32,000 bases of DNA, from positions 900,001-932,000 of the forward strand of contig NC_000916.1 of assembly GCF_000008645.1 (NCBI RefSeq), read 5' to 3'. The DNA is from Methanothermobacter thermautotrophicus str. Delta H. Lineage in GTDB: Archaea > Methanobacteriota > Methanobacteria > Methanobacteriales > Methanothermobacteraceae. The position numbers and the translations under genes are program-made. The notes beneath the pieces are model-generated. The model searched no databases. It saw only the letters and a list, made by a program, of their open reading frames with translations, and had not been told where the DNA came from. Below are positions 16,383 through 26,130 of the stretch, piece by piece (within the stretch, counting starts at the first letter, position 1; each line of letters begins with the position of its first letter).

Positions 16383-17612
16383 CTACCGATTTTCGAAGAG
16401 GACAACTTCAACTTCCTCTCCCTCATTGATGATCTCAACGTTCTTGGGGACCTCGATGTAACCATCGGCCCCTGCCAGGGCTGCTACTGCACCTGAATCC
16501 TTGAATATTGGGCGTGCATAATCCCCGTCCACCATCACAAGTGCATAGTGCACCCTGCCCCTTGATGAGTGGAGCCGCTCTGCAAGTTTAAGGGTTTTAA
16601 CATGCCCTGAGGATGCCTTTCTACCTGACAGTTTCCTTATGAAGGGTTCTATGAGTGACATGAACACTATGAGGGCTGATACAGGGAACCCCGGGAGTCC
16701 GACAACAATTTTATCATCAACCACCCCGACTATAGTGGGTTTACCAGGCTTTATTGAGATACCATGAATAACCACCCTGCCCAGTTCATCCAGGACCTCC
16801 GAGAGTATGTCACCGGCCCCTGCAGATGTCCCCCCGGATGTTATTACCATATCAGCCTCCTCAAGGCCCCTGAGGATGGCATCCCTGAGCTCTCCATAGT
16901 CATCCCGCACTATCCCTCCATGTTTAACAGAGCAGCCAGCCTCCTTCAGGGCGGATGAAAGGCCCGCGGAATTTGAATCAAATATTTTACCTGGCTCTAG
17001 CTGTCCTGATGGCTCAATGAGTTCATTACCCGTGGATATAACACATACAGATGGTTTTGAAATCACATTGACGCGGGTTATCCCTGCAGCTGAGAGGGCT
17101 GCTATTTTATCGGGTGAAAGTACTGTTCCAGTCCTGAGGAGGACGTTTCCCGCCCTGATATCGGATCCCCTTGCAGCTATGTGCTGGGACGGGTAGGCAG
17201 GTCTCTGAATGTAAACCCGGTCCACCTCCTCCCAGGTGTACTCCACCATGACCACTGCGTCTGCACCCTCAGGCACAGGGGCCCCGGTGCTTATCCTGGT
17301 ACACAAACCCTCAGCAACCTCAAGGGACGGTACAGACCCCGCCTCAACGGTCTCGATGCACCTCAGGGTGGCAGGGTTCTCCTCATCTGCCCCGAAGGTG
17401 TCCGCGGCCCTCACAGCATAGCCATCCCTGGAAGCCCTGTCAAATGGTGGGAGGTCCACCGGACTTTCGATGTCATCAGCAAGCACCCTTCCATCAGCAT
17501 CCAGTATATCAACACTTTCAGTGCCCTGGCTGTAGAGTTCACTGAACAGTTCCCCTGTTATTCTCCTGGCATCATCCAGATCGATTATCTCAAGAAATTC
17601 AACACCCATCAA
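16383..17612 (-). CDS. moeA: Molybdopterin molybdenumtransferase MoeA.
   Basis: DLPPFDRASRDGYAVRAADT, ISTGNELIEPG-like, and TSGGTSAGAGD are typical MoeA motifs. The start is TTG at 17612 or ATG at 17609. Confidence 0.9.
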   Translation of the reverse strand: MMGVEFLEIIDLDDARRITGELFSELYSQGTESVDILDADGRVLADDIESPVDLPPFDRASRDGYAVRAADTFGADEENPATLRCIETVEAGSVPSLEVAEGLCTRISTGAPVPEGADAVVMVEYTWEEVDRVYIQRPAYPSQHIAARGSDIRAGNVLLRTGTVLSPDKIAALSAAGITRVNVISKPSVCVISTGNELIEPSGQLEPGKIFDSNSAGLSSALKEAGCSVKHGGIVRDDYGELRDAILRGLEEADMVITSGGTSAGAGDILSEVLDELGRVVIHGISIKPGKPTIVGVVDDKIVVGLPGFPVSALIVFMSLIEPFIRKLSGRKASSGHVKTLKLAERLHSSRGRVHYALVMVDGDYARPIFKDSGAVAALAGADGYIEVPKNVEIINEGEEVEVVLFENR

Positions 17613-17738
17613 ATCACCGCGAATCTAGTCTCCTGAGCAATTTATTTATATCTGCACGGGTAATAAATTATAATGTCTATTTCTTTGATTGCTGGATATT
17701 AAATTCCATTAAAATCAAAGTTAACCAACGAAAAAATC

Positions 17739-17746
17739 AGGAGGAG
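17739..17746 (+). promoter_or_regulatory. Shine-Dalgarno-like site (AGGAGGAG) 5 nt upstream of the TTG start of aIF1A.
   Basis: AGGAGGAG at 17739-17746 and TTG at 17752. Confidence 0.5.
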
Positions 17747-17751
17747 AGTAT

Positions 17752-18051
17752 TTGAGTAGAGGACATCAGACACAGGAAGTCAGGCGTGTTAGGACCCCCA
17801 GGAGGGGTGAGATACCGGGAGTTGTTGAACAGATAATGGGCCACGGAAAACTGAAGGTGAGGTGTGCCGATGGCCATATAAGGCTCGGCCGTATCCCCGG
17901 GAAGATGAAAAAGAGGATATGGATACGTGAAGGGGACGTGGTCCTCGTTAAGCCCTGGGAGTTCCAGAGCGAAGAGAAGGCTGATATCGTCTGGAGATAC
18001 ACACGTACAGAGTCAAACTGGCTCGAAAGGAAGGGTTACCTTAAACTGTAA
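17752..18051 (+). CDS. eif1a: Translation initiation factor aIF-1A.
   Basis: RVRTPRRGEIPGVVEQIMGHGKLKVRCADGHIRLGRIPGKMKKRIWIREGDVVLVKPWEFQ is the S1-like OB fold of eIF1A. TTG start preceded by a strong RBS. Confidence 0.9.
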   Translation: MSRGHQTQEVRRVRTPRRGEIPGVVEQIMGHGKLKVRCADGHIRLGRIPGKMKKRIWIREGDVVLVKPWEFQSEEKADIVWRYTRTESNWLERKGYLKL

Positions 18052-18053
18052 AG

Positions 18054-18875
18054 TTGATTTTAATGGACCCCGAAGAAACCGGGAAGGCCCCCGAGATCAG
18101 GGCCCTTAAATCCAGGGCAGTGAACAGGGTTGATTCCGACCTCGGCCGGATGGAGGCTGTTAAAAGATTGAAGGGTGTTGAGGACCGGCGGGTCGGTAGC
18201 GAGGTCTTTGATGAGCTGACCCTCAAAACCCTCTACAAGCTGGCGAATTCAGGTTACCTTGCTGTTCTCAATGGTGCTGTGAGTACCGGGAAGGAGGCCA
18301 ATGTCTTCAAGGGCATCACAGACACCGACGACTTCGTTGCAGTCAAGATCTACCGGGTGGCCACATCCGACTTCAAGAAGATGCAGTACTACATCCAGGG
18401 GGACCCCAGATTCAAGGTCAGGACAACAAACAGGCGCCAGCTGGTCCAGGCCTGGGTTAACAAGGAATTCCGGAACCTTAAGAGGGCACTTGAGGCAGGG
18501 GTCCGTGTACCGGAACCGGTCACTGCAAGGGACAATGTGCTCATAATGGAATTCATTGGGAAGGATGGTGTTCCGGCGCCCACCATGCGGGACGCCCCAC
18601 CAGAGGACCCTGAGGAAGCCCTTGAGACAATAATTGAATACATGCACCGCCTCTATAAGGGAGCCCGGCTTGTCCATGGGGATCTATCATTCTTCAACAT
18701 ACTCAACCATTGCGGTGAACCCGTGATAATAGATGTATCCCAGGCAATGGTGCTTGACCATCCCCTTGCCGGCGAACTCCTTGAAAGGGACATAGAGAAC
18801 ATAATACGTGACTTCAGAAGGATAGGAGTTTCTGTAAGTGCAGATTATATCCGGGAGAGGATAACCGGAAAGTGA
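18054..18875 (+). CDS. rio1: RIO-type serine/threonine protein kinase Rio1.
   Basis: STGKEANVF, VAVKIYR and LVHGDLSFFNIL are RIO kinase motifs. The eIF1A-Rio1-KH order is conserved in archaea. The start is TTG at 18054 or ATG at 18063. Confidence 0.9.
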   Translation: MILMDPEETGKAPEIRALKSRAVNRVDSDLGRMEAVKRLKGVEDRRVGSEVFDELTLKTLYKLANSGYLAVLNGAVSTGKEANVFKGITDTDDFVAVKIYRVATSDFKKMQYYIQGDPRFKVRTTNRRQLVQAWVNKEFRNLKRALEAGVRVPEPVTARDNVLIMEFIGKDGVPAPTMRDAPPEDPEEALETIIEYMHRLYKGARLVHGDLSFFNILNHCGEPVIIDVSQAMVLDHPLAGELLERDIENIIRDFRRIGVSVSADYIRERITGK

Positions 18876-19064
18876 ACATGAAGAACCGGGAAAACATATA
18901 TACTGTAGAAAAAAACCAGTATGATGTTAGGGGTCTCTACAGGGAATAAACAGCAGATCCATAGGCCAGGAAGTCCCTGATAATCGGCAAACCCATGAAA
19001 ATCAAAAAATATGGCCAAAAAACAGCATAATCCATAAACCATTTATTTCATCGAGGTGAATGAA

Positions 19065-19631
19065 ATGCCAGCCGAGGAATACATTAAAATACCCCGTGAG
19101 AGGGTCGGAGTTTTAATAGGCAAAAACGGTGCGGTTAAGGCAAAGATAGAGCGCCTGACCCAGACTGAACTGGAAATTGACAGCGAAACCGGTGCAGTTA
19201 CTCTCATACCACAGGATGAACTGGAGGACCCCCTCTCACCATGGAAGGCCAGGCACATTGTCAGGGCCATAGGGAGGGGTTTCAACCCTGAGGTTGCCCT
19301 GAGGCTCCTTGATGACGATGTCGCCCTTGAGGTCATCAAGATAACCGACTATGTTGGTAAATCCAAGAAGGCCATTGCAAGGCAGAAGGGCCGTGTCATC
19401 GGCCGTGAAGGTATAACAAGGCGTATAATCCATGATATGACCGGCGTGGACATATCTGTTTACGGCAAGACGGTTTCACTCATAGGAGAATTTGAGAAAC
19501 TCGCTGTTGCCAGGGAAGCCATTGAAATGATACTTAATGGTGCAAGACACAAATCTGTGTACGCATTTCTCGAAAAGAAGAAGCAGGAACTGAAAATGAA
19601 GGAGTTTCAGGAAGGCGCTAAATTAATGTAA
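19065..19631 (+). CDS. KH-domain RNA-binding protein, Dim2/Pno1-like.
   Basis: Two KH modules ([21 protein letters not shown]; [18 protein letters not shown]). The ATG at 19065 follows GAGGTGA and is preferred over the GTG at 19056. Confidence 0.85.
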   Translation: MPAEEYIKIPRERVGVLIGKNGAVKAKIERLTQTELEIDSETGAVTLIPQDELEDPLSPWKARHIVRAIGRGFNPEVALRLLDDDVALEVIKITDYVGKSKKAIARQKGRVIGREGITRRIIHDMTGVDISVYGKTVSLIGEFEKLAVAREAIEMILNGARHKSVYAFLEKKKQELKMKEFQEGAKLM

Positions 19632-19821
19632 ACTCCATCACAAACCTACTTTTCATGGGTGCTAACTTCAATTATTCTAAAGGTACCCCCTCAAAATGCA
19701 TCTTCTGTAATAGTTACATATAGGGTATAAGTTTATATGGCATGAATTACACATATATCCATATGAACATGGCAGTCCCCATGTATTAATCCCATGAAAA
19801 ATTTTTAAAGGAGGCGAATTT

Positions 19822-21393
19822 TTGGCGAGGCAAGCTTTGGATCTCTTTGATGAAGGATTCCAGGAACTCACTCCATCAGAATTCTTCAGAAAAAACAAGC
19901 AGATGCTTGGTTTTACCGGGAAAATAAGGTCACTTACAATAGTGTTCCATGAACTCATAACCAACAGCTTTGACGCTGCCGAAGAGGCAGGTATACTCCC
20001 TGAGATCAAAATAGATCTCAAGAGAATCGGGAAGGACCATTACATCCTGAGACACCAGGACAACGGCCCGGGTATACCTGAAAAGTACATCCCAAAGGTC
20101 TTCTGTACCATGTTCGCAGGGTCAAAGTTCAGGAACATCCAGTCCAGGGGACAGCAGGGACTCGGATGCAGTGGCTGTGTGCTGCTATCACAGATGACCA
20201 CAGGTAAACCCGTGAAGGTCATCTCAGGTACAATGGAAAACGGGGAACTCAAGGGGGTCAAAATGACCCTCAAGATGGATGTTAAAAAGAACCAGGGCCT
20301 CATACTCGAAAAGGAGGAAGTCGAAGTCGATGGTACCGGTGTCTGCATAGAACTCCACTTCAAGGACGTCTCCTACTCACTCTCAGAACAGGGAGCCTAC
20401 GAGTACATAAGGAGGACAATGATAGCCAACCCCCATGCCAGGATAGTATTCAATGACCCAACCGGAAACCGTTACGTCTTCAACAGGGCATCCGACGTCA
20501 TACCCCCAATGCCAAAGGAGGTCCTCCCCCACCCATGGGGTGTCACCGCCGATGACCTTATATTCATGGCAAAGCACACCGATAAAAGGCGGTTCGGGAG
20601 CATGCTGAAAAGCAACCTCTCAAGGATGTCCTCCATGAAGATCAAGGAACTGGAGGAACTGACAGGGATAGACCTCAACAAAAGACCGAAGGACATGAAG
20701 TGGGAGGAGGCCGAGCAGATAGTTGAGGCCTTCAAGAAGATGAAATTCATGTCACCCCCGACCTCCGGCCTCATACCCATCGGAGAGGAGCAGATTGATA
20801 AGGGTATGAAGGAGATACTCCAGCCAGAGTTCACAGCAACGGTAACAAGGAAGCCAAAAACCTACCGTGGGGGTATAGCCTTCATAGTTGAGGCAGGTAT
20901 CGCCTACGGTGGAAACTCCGGCAGACTGGTCGGTGACCAGAGAAAGGCTGAGATAATGAGGTTCGCCAACAGGGTACCCCTCACCTTCGACGCCGGAAGC
21001 TGTGCCATAACAGAGGGTGTTAAGAGCCTCGACTGGAAGCGTTACGGCATAAGGGACCTTGAAAATGCACCCATAAGCATATTCGTCAATGTGGTGTCAA
21101 CCAACGTCCCCTACCTGTCAACGGGTAAGCAGAGTGTGTCACCTGAACCCGAGATACTCGGGGAGATCAGGCAGGCCACCATGATAGTTGCAAGGAAGCT
21201 CCACAAGTACCTCAGGAAGAAGAAGGCAGCCAAGGAGGAGGCGCAGAGGGCGAAGATCTTTGAGAGCTACGTGCCTGTGATCATAAAACAGGCCGCTCTC
21301 CTGGCTGAGCGGGAAGAACCCGATTACAGAGAACTGCTCGACACAGTTACAAGAAGGGCAAAACTTGAAATTCTGGGGGGAATCACTGAATGA
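19822..21393 (+). CDS. top6B: DNA topoisomerase VI subunit B.
   Basis: Bergerat-fold motifs [10 protein letters not shown] and QDNGPGI, followed by a transducer domain. TTG start 7 nt after AAGGAGG (19808-19814). Confidence 0.95.
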   Translation: MARQALDLFDEGFQELTPSEFFRKNKQMLGFTGKIRSLTIVFHELITNSFDAAEEAGILPEIKIDLKRIGKDHYILRHQDNGPGIPEKYIPKVFCTMFAGSKFRNIQSRGQQGLGCSGCVLLSQMTTGKPVKVISGTMENGELKGVKMTLKMDVKKNQGLILEKEEVEVDGTGVCIELHFKDVSYSLSEQGAYEYIRRTMIANPHARIVFNDPTGNRYVFNRASDVIPPMPKEVLPHPWGVTADDLIFMAKHTDKRRFGSMLKSNLSRMSSMKIKELEELTGIDLNKRPKDMKWEEAEQIVEAFKKMKFMSPPTSGLIPIGEEQIDKGMKEILQPEFTATVTRKPKTYRGGIAFIVEAGIAYGGNSGRLVGDQRKAEIMRFANRVPLTFDAGSCAITEGVKSLDWKRYGIRDLENAPISIFVNVVSTNVPYLSTGKQSVSPEPEILGEIRQATMIVARKLHKYLRKKKAAKEEAQRAKIFESYVPVIIKQAALLAEREEPDYRELLDTVTRRAKLEILGGITE

Positions 21394-22451
21394 ATAGAAG
21401 GGAAATAGCCATTAACAAACTCAAAAGTCTTGGAGACGTTATACTCGATGATGTGACCCAGGGGAGAATCCCCAGGATAAAGGTTCCATCAAGGGGCACA
21501 TCCAACATAATCTATGATGAAGATAAGAGGCACTACGTCCTCGGAGACCGATACGGTACACGTTCAATGGGTAACGTTAAGCAGATCAAGAAGATAGGGC
21601 AGATGCTCTACACAGCCAACTTCTGCAAGGACCTCGTGGCGAGGGAGAAAACAGCCACCCTCAGGGAACTCTACTACATCTCAGAGGGTTGGGAGGTGGA
21701 CTTTGCAGACCAGCAGGAGTCCAACATCGTTGGTGAGGACCTTGAGGTCACCCTGGGCATGACCAGGGAGGAACTGGGCCTCATGCCAGAGGAGGACGGA
21801 GCGTCCGTCTACGGGGCCCTGACTGTCCGTGAGGGTGATATTGAAATAGACGCCCTCCGATCAGGTAAATCAGGCTACAACATATCCCCAACCATCGATG
21901 AGGTTGAATTTGTGGACCATGACGTTGAACGTGTCATTGCAGTTGAGACAATGGGTATGTTCCACCGTCTCGTTCAGGAGAAGGCCTACAAGAAGTTTGA
22001 TGCCCTCATAGTCGGACTGAAGGGTCAGGCTGCAAGGGCAACAAGGAGGTTCATCAAGAGGGTCAACGAGGAACTCAACCTCCCGGTTTACATCTGCAAC
22101 GACGGAGACCCATGGGGATTCCATATCGCCATGGTCATAATCTCAGGCAGTGCAAAACTCGCCCATGTGAACCATCAGCTTGCAACCCCGGATGCAAAGT
22201 TCCTGGGTGTGACTGCAAGTGACATAATAAACTATGACCTTCCAACTGATCCTCTCAAGGATGTCGATGTTGTAAGGCTCAAGGAGCTCCTCCAAGACCC
22301 CAGATACAGGGGTGATTTCTGGAAGACAGAAATCAAGAAGATGCTCACCATCGGTAAGAAGGCAGAACAGCAGTCCTTCTCAAAGTATGGTCTTGAGTAT
22401 GTTGTAGATACCTATCTGCCAGAGAAACTCGAGGCTGTGGAGAACCAGTAG
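21390..22451 (+). CDS. top6A: DNA topoisomerase VI subunit A (Spo11 homologue).
   Basis: Winged-helix region with the LRELYY tyrosine context and Toprim [17 protein letters not shown] overlap with top6B. Confidence 0.95.
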   Translation: MNRREIAINKLKSLGDVILDDVTQGRIPRIKVPSRGTSNIIYDEDKRHYVLGDRYGTRSMGNVKQIKKIGQMLYTANFCKDLVAREKTATLRELYYISEGWEVDFADQQESNIVGEDLEVTLGMTREELGLMPEEDGASVYGALTVREGDIEIDALRSGKSGYNISPTIDEVEFVDHDVERVIAVETMGMFHRLVQEKAYKKFDALIVGLKGQAARATRRFIKRVNEELNLPVYICNDGDPWGFHIAMVIISGSAKLAHVNHQLATPDAKFLGVTASDIINYDLPTDPLKDVDVVRLKELLQDPRYRGDFWKTEIKKMLTIGKKAEQQSFSKYGLEYVVDTYLPEKLEAVENQ

Positions 22452-22466
22452 CTGAAGCATCTTAAA

Positions 22467-22590
22467 TTTTTATTTTTTAGACACAATCTTTTTTTCAAGA
22501 AAAAACTGATCGCTGCTAACCAGCTTTTATTTTAGACACATAATCTTTTTTTTCAAGAAAACTGATTGCTACTGATCGCTGCTAACCAGC
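22467..22590. repeat. Imperfect tandem duplication (58 nt + 66 nt) of a T-rich terminator-like unit downstream of top6A.
   Basis: Unit 1 (22467-22524): ttttattttttagacacaatctttttttcaagaaaaaactgatcgctgctaaccagc. Unit 2 (22525-22590): ttttattttagacacataatcttttttttcaagaaaactgattgctactgatcgctgctaaccagc. Confidence 0.85.
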
Positions 22591-22755
22591 TGAACAATAA
22601 CTGCGGTTTCTCTGTGGATGAAGCTGCACCCCCTATTTCCTTTAAATCCCGGGTCCTTAGAGGTATCCTTTTCCCTCAGAAGCCCATGAGAAGCATTAAA
22701 GATTATCACGGGAACCCCTGATCCCGGATCCGCCATTCACCGCACTTTTAGATAA

Positions 22756-22767
22756 GTATATAAAATA
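22756..22767 (+). promoter_or_regulatory. Candidate archaeal TATA box for gap. The RBS AGGAGG lies at 22843-22848.
   Basis: gtatataaaata lies about 100 nt upstream of the gap ATG. AGGAGG lies 9 nt upstream of the ATG at 22858. No experimental support. Confidence 0.35.
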
Positions 22768-22857
22768 ATCCATTAAAAATAGTATCAGGTTAGGAATTTA
22801 AACTCAAAGAGGTTTCCCTGGGAACAGCGTTTTTCAGGGGATAGGAGGTTTTTTTAA

Positions 22858-23871
22858 ATGATATCTGTAGCCATTAACGGGTATGGGACAATAGGAAAGA
22901 GAGTTGCTGATGCTGTAGCTGCCCAGGACGACATGAAGGTCGCTGGTGTCAGCAAAACAAAACCTGATTTTGAGGCGAGGGTTGCAATCGAGAAGGGATA
23001 CGACCTCTACGTCAGCATCCCTGAACGTGAGAAGCTCTTCGGCGAAGCCGGCATACCTGTGAGCGGTACCGTGGAGGATATGCTGGAGGAAGCAGATATA
23101 GTGGTTGATGCAACACCTGAGGGTATAGGTGCAAAGAACCTTGAAATGTACAGGGAGAAGGGCATAAAGGCCATATTCCAGGGCGGTGAAAAACACGACG
23201 CCATAGGATTATCCTTCAACTCATTTGCAAACTACGATGAATCCCTTGGAGCCGACTATACCCGTGTGGTTTCATGCAACACAACAGGACTCTGCAGAAC
23301 CCTCAAACCCATCGATGACCTCTGCGGCATAAAGAAGGTGAGGGCTGTTATGGTGAGGAGGGGTGCCGACCCCGTACAGGTCAAAAAGGGACCGATAAAC
23401 GCCATAGTACCTAACCCTCCAACCGTGCCATCACACCACGGCCCCGACCTCAAGACCGTCATGAAGGGCGTTAACATCCACACGGTGGCCCTCCTGGTCC
23501 CAACAACACTGATGCACCAGCACAACATAATGGTTGAACTTGAGGATCCCGTTGAGGCCGATGAGATAAAGGCCCGGCTCGATGAGACCACGAGGGTCAT
23601 GCTTGTCAGGGCCTCTGAGGGTCTCGCATCAACGGCTGAGATAATGGAGTACGCCAAGGAACTTGGAAGGTCAAGGAACGACCTCTTCGAGATACCTGTA
23701 TGGGAGGAGTCAATAAACGTTGTTGACGGGGAACTCTTCTATATGCAGGCCGTCCACCAGGAGTCAGATGCTGTGCCCGAGAGTGTGGATGCCATAAGGG
23801 CACTCCTGGAGCTCGAGGAGGACAACATGAAGTCCATCATGAAGACCAACAGGGCCATGGGCATCCTCTAA
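22858..23871 (+). CDS. gap: Glyceraldehyde-3-phosphate dehydrogenase, archaeal type II.
   Basis: [20 protein letters not shown] (Rossmann fold), catalytic VVSCNTTGL, about 337 aa as in archaeal GAPDH. Confidence 0.95.
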   Translation: MISVAINGYGTIGKRVADAVAAQDDMKVAGVSKTKPDFEARVAIEKGYDLYVSIPEREKLFGEAGIPVSGTVEDMLEEADIVVDATPEGIGAKNLEMYREKGIKAIFQGGEKHDAIGLSFNSFANYDESLGADYTRVVSCNTTGLCRTLKPIDDLCGIKKVRAVMVRRGADPVQVKKGPINAIVPNPPTVPSHHGPDLKTVMKGVNIHTVALLVPTTLMHQHNIMVELEDPVEADEIKARLDETTRVMLVRASEGLASTAEIMEYAKELGRSRNDLFEIPVWEESINVVDGELFYMQAVHQESDAVPESVDAIRALLELEEDNMKSIMKTNRAMGIL

Positions 23872-23891
23872 ATCTCCCCCTCTTTTTTATA

Positions 23892-24731
23892 GTGGTGTTA
23901 TTTTTGATAAGGGTTGGTCCGGCTGGTAACCCTGTTGGTTACCGTGGAAGCACCGTCAATGTCTTCAGCAAGATCAGAGCCATGGGACTGGACGCCTACG
24001 AGTACCAGGCAACCTATGGCCTCAGGTTAAAGAAAGAGAACGCCATCAGGATCGGAGAGAACTCCAGGAAGAATGACATCCTTGTCTCGATGCACGGACC
24101 ATACTACATAAACCTCTCATCGGCCAGGAAGGAAACCGTTGAAAAATCCATTGAACGCCTATTTGACTGTGCCGTTGCAGCGGAACTGATGGGAGCCTAC
24201 AGGATCGTATTCCACCCCGGATTCTATGGCGAGCATGGGAGATCAGGGGCCCTTGGACTCTGCATCAAAGCCCTGGATGAACTCATCGAGCGCCTGCATG
24301 GTGCAGGTATCAGGGAATTCACCCTTGCACCTGAGACAACCGGTAAGAGGTCACAGGTTGGAAGCCTTGATGAGATAATAAAGCTTTCAGAGGAATTCGA
24401 TGAGGTCATGCCCACCATAGACTTTGCACACATACATGCAAGGGGCGGTGGATGCATAAGGGATGCCTCCAGTTACAGGGGGATACTTGAGAGAATCGAG
24501 TCCAGGCTCGGATCCCATCACCTACACTGCCACTTCACAGGGATAGAGTACACCGACGCCGGGGAGAGGAAGCATCACAGCCTCTCTGAGGGCTACGGGC
24601 CTCCCATAGAGCCCCTCATAGAGGTTCTTGTGGATGGTGGGTGGGATGCCACCATAATCTCTGAGACACCGATGAAGGACACTGATGCCAGGAAAATAAA
24701 GGGCATCATCAAGGAATACCTCGAGAGATAA
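23892..24731 (+). CDS. Xylose-isomerase-like TIM-barrel protein, endonuclease IV-related.
   Basis: IRVGPAGNP..., SMHGPYYINL, VFHPGFY, APETTGK and DFAHIHARGG follow the metal-ligand pattern of the endonuclease IV/AP-endonuclease 2 fold. The start is uncertain (GTG 23892 or TTG 23904). Confidence 0.75.
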   Translation: MVLFLIRVGPAGNPVGYRGSTVNVFSKIRAMGLDAYEYQATYGLRLKKENAIRIGENSRKNDILVSMHGPYYINLSSARKETVEKSIERLFDCAVAAELMGAYRIVFHPGFYGEHGRSGALGLCIKALDELIERLHGAGIREFTLAPETTGKRSQVGSLDEIIKLSEEFDEVMPTIDFAHIHARGGGCIRDASSYRGILERIESRLGSHHLHCHFTGIEYTDAGERKHHSLSEGYGPPIEPLIEVLVDGGWDATIISETPMKDTDARKIKGIIKEYLER

Positions 24732-24820
24732 GGAATACCTCCAGGAAATGATGGTAACTAACTTGAATCATCTGACCTAAAGGTTTATACAGACAACTGC
24801 ACAATTTATCTATGATGACC

Positions 24821-24861
24821 TTGTTTCTGAGATATATCACAGTATCAGAATTTGTTTCTGA
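24821..24861 (+). promoter_or_regulatory. Two exact 10-nt direct repeats (ttgtttctga) bracketing a TATA-like element upstream of the AAA ATPase gene.
   Basis: ttgtttctga occurs at 24821-24830 and 24852-24861, with starts 31 nt apart. gatatatc lies between them at 24831-24838, and the CDS start is at 24874/24877. Confidence 0.4.
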
Positions 24862-24873
24862 AGAACAGGTGAT

Positions 24874-25992
24874 GTGGTGAAATTCAACAATATAATCTAT
24901 GACCCCCAGGTATCCGATAAAAAGTTTCCAGTGCAGGCATCAGACCCTGAAAGGGAGGCTAAACTTGTTGTGCTGCAGCCAGTTGGATACCCCTTTGTAT
25001 GCAACCTCATGGAGGCTCCGAGGATAGACGCTGTTAACAAGGAGCTCTTTGAGATATACGCCAGGGACCAGTGGGAGGGTTTCAGGGCAGCTGAGGGTTC
25101 ATACCTCTTTGACCAGAAGCTGCTCCCTGACTATGCCTTCAAGATAATAAGGGCCCATCCTGACGGTTCAAAGATAACCAGGAACACCTCAATAATACTC
25201 CTGGAGAATGATCGGGAGGAATTCCATGAGGTCAGGAGCAGCATCACCATGGATGACGTTATTGGGCAGGAGGACGCCAAGATAAAGTGCAGGATAATCA
25301 TGAAGTACCTTGAAGATCCGGACCGCTTCAGGGACTGGGCCCCCAGGAACGTTCTCTTCCATGGAAGCCCGGGGACAGGTAAGACGATGCTTGCAAAGTC
25401 CCTTGCAAATGAACTGAAGGTCCCCCTCTACCTCATAAAGGCCACGAGCCTCATAGGGGAACATGTTGGTGATGGCGCAAGGCAGATACATGAACTCTAT
25501 GAACTCGCATCAAAGACAGCCCCCTCAGTCATATTCATAGATGAAATGGATGCCATTGGCCTTGACAGGAGATACCAGTCCCTCCGTGGAGACGTCTCAG
25601 AGGTCGTCAACGCCCTCCTCACAGAGATGGATGGTATAAACCAGAACTGGGGTGTTGTAACAATAGGAGCCACCAACAACCCTGAACTGCTTGATAAGGC
25701 CATAAGGAGCCGTTTTGAGGAGGAAATTGAGTTCAAGCTGCCTGATGATGAGGAGAGAAAACTGATGCTTGAGAAGTACATTGAAACCATGCCCCTCAAG
25801 GTGGATTTCCCTGTTGACAAACTTGTCAAGCTCACCAGGGAAATGTCAGGAAGGGATATAAAGGACAGGGTTCTTAAGACAGCCCTCCACCGGGCCATAG
25901 CAGAGGACAGCGAATCTGTTAGAGCCGAACACATAGAGTACGCCCTTAAGGAGCGTAAGGTCTCAGGCGAACCCAAACACATGTTTGCCTGA
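24874..25992 (+). CDS. Single-domain AAA+ ATPase with an N-terminal domain of about 140 aa. It resembles the AMA group (AAA proteins of methanogens and Archaeoglobus).
   Basis: Walker [16 protein letters not shown], Walker [12 protein letters not shown], second region of homology [19 protein letters not shown] start at 24874 or 24877. Confidence 0.9.
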   Translation: MVKFNNIIYDPQVSDKKFPVQASDPEREAKLVVLQPVGYPFVCNLMEAPRIDAVNKELFEIYARDQWEGFRAAEGSYLFDQKLLPDYAFKIIRAHPDGSKITRNTSIILLENDREEFHEVRSSITMDDVIGQEDAKIKCRIIMKYLEDPDRFRDWAPRNVLFHGSPGTGKTMLAKSLANELKVPLYLIKATSLIGEHVGDGARQIHELYELASKTAPSVIFIDEMDAIGLDRRYQSLRGDVSEVVNALLTEMDGINQNWGVVTIGATNNPELLDKAIRSRFEEEIEFKLPDDEERKLMLEKYIETMPLKVDFPVDKLVKLTREMSGRDIKDRVLKTALHRAIAEDSESVRAEHIEYALKERKVSGEPKHMFA

Positions 25993-26003
25993 AACTTTTT
26001 TAT

Positions 26004-26116
26004 TTACAGAGATAGCCTTTTACAGAGAAATAGCCGTTAAGCAATTATCTACTAGCTTTTTCACTTACAGAAAAAGAATAGCTTTAACGGGCTTACACCG
26101 CACAGAAAGAATAATC
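26004..26116. repeat. Four degenerate direct copies of a TACAGA-purine-ATAGC motif in the convergent spacer between the AAA ATPase gene and hemA.
   Basis: ttacagagatagcc (26004-26017), ttacagagaaatagcc (26020-26035), ttacagaaaaagaatagc (26065-26082), cacagaaagaataatc (26101-26116). Confidence 0.7.
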
Positions 26117-26130
26117 TTCTTAAGAGTTCC

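Noticed and set aside
18919-18980. A possible C/D-box sRNA in the Rio1-KH spacer (ATGATGT ... CTGA).
   Set aside because: There are no internal D'/C' boxes and the C box is imperfect. The 49-nt spacing contains no recognisable guide architecture.
19716-19800. A CATG- and ATAT-rich patch with partial palindromes (acatata x2, tatatgg / ccatatg, cccatg x2) upstream of top6B.
   Set aside because: The symmetry is imperfect. It most likely reflects overlapping TATA-like promoter sequence, and there is no evidence of a discrete element.
22452-22857. The long repeat-bearing spacer considered as a replication origin.
   Set aside because: It has no ORB-like inverted repeats flanking an AT-rich unwinding element and no adjacent cdc6/orc1 gene. 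The repeats are tandem T-rich terminator-like units.
22834-23196. A 120-aa minus-strand ORF overlapping the start of gap.
   Set aside because: It overlaps the unmistakable GAPDH N-terminus on the other strand and has no RBS or homology features.
24748-24830. C/D-box sRNA-like arrangement: ATGATGG (24748), CTGA (24772), ATGATGA (24812), CTGA (24827).
   Set aside because: The box order is right, but the spacers are 17, 36 and 8 nt instead of the ~12-nt guides and short loop of archaeal C/D sRNAs. There is no terminal stem and the first C box is imperfect. The 3' boxes are better explained as part of the promoter repeats.
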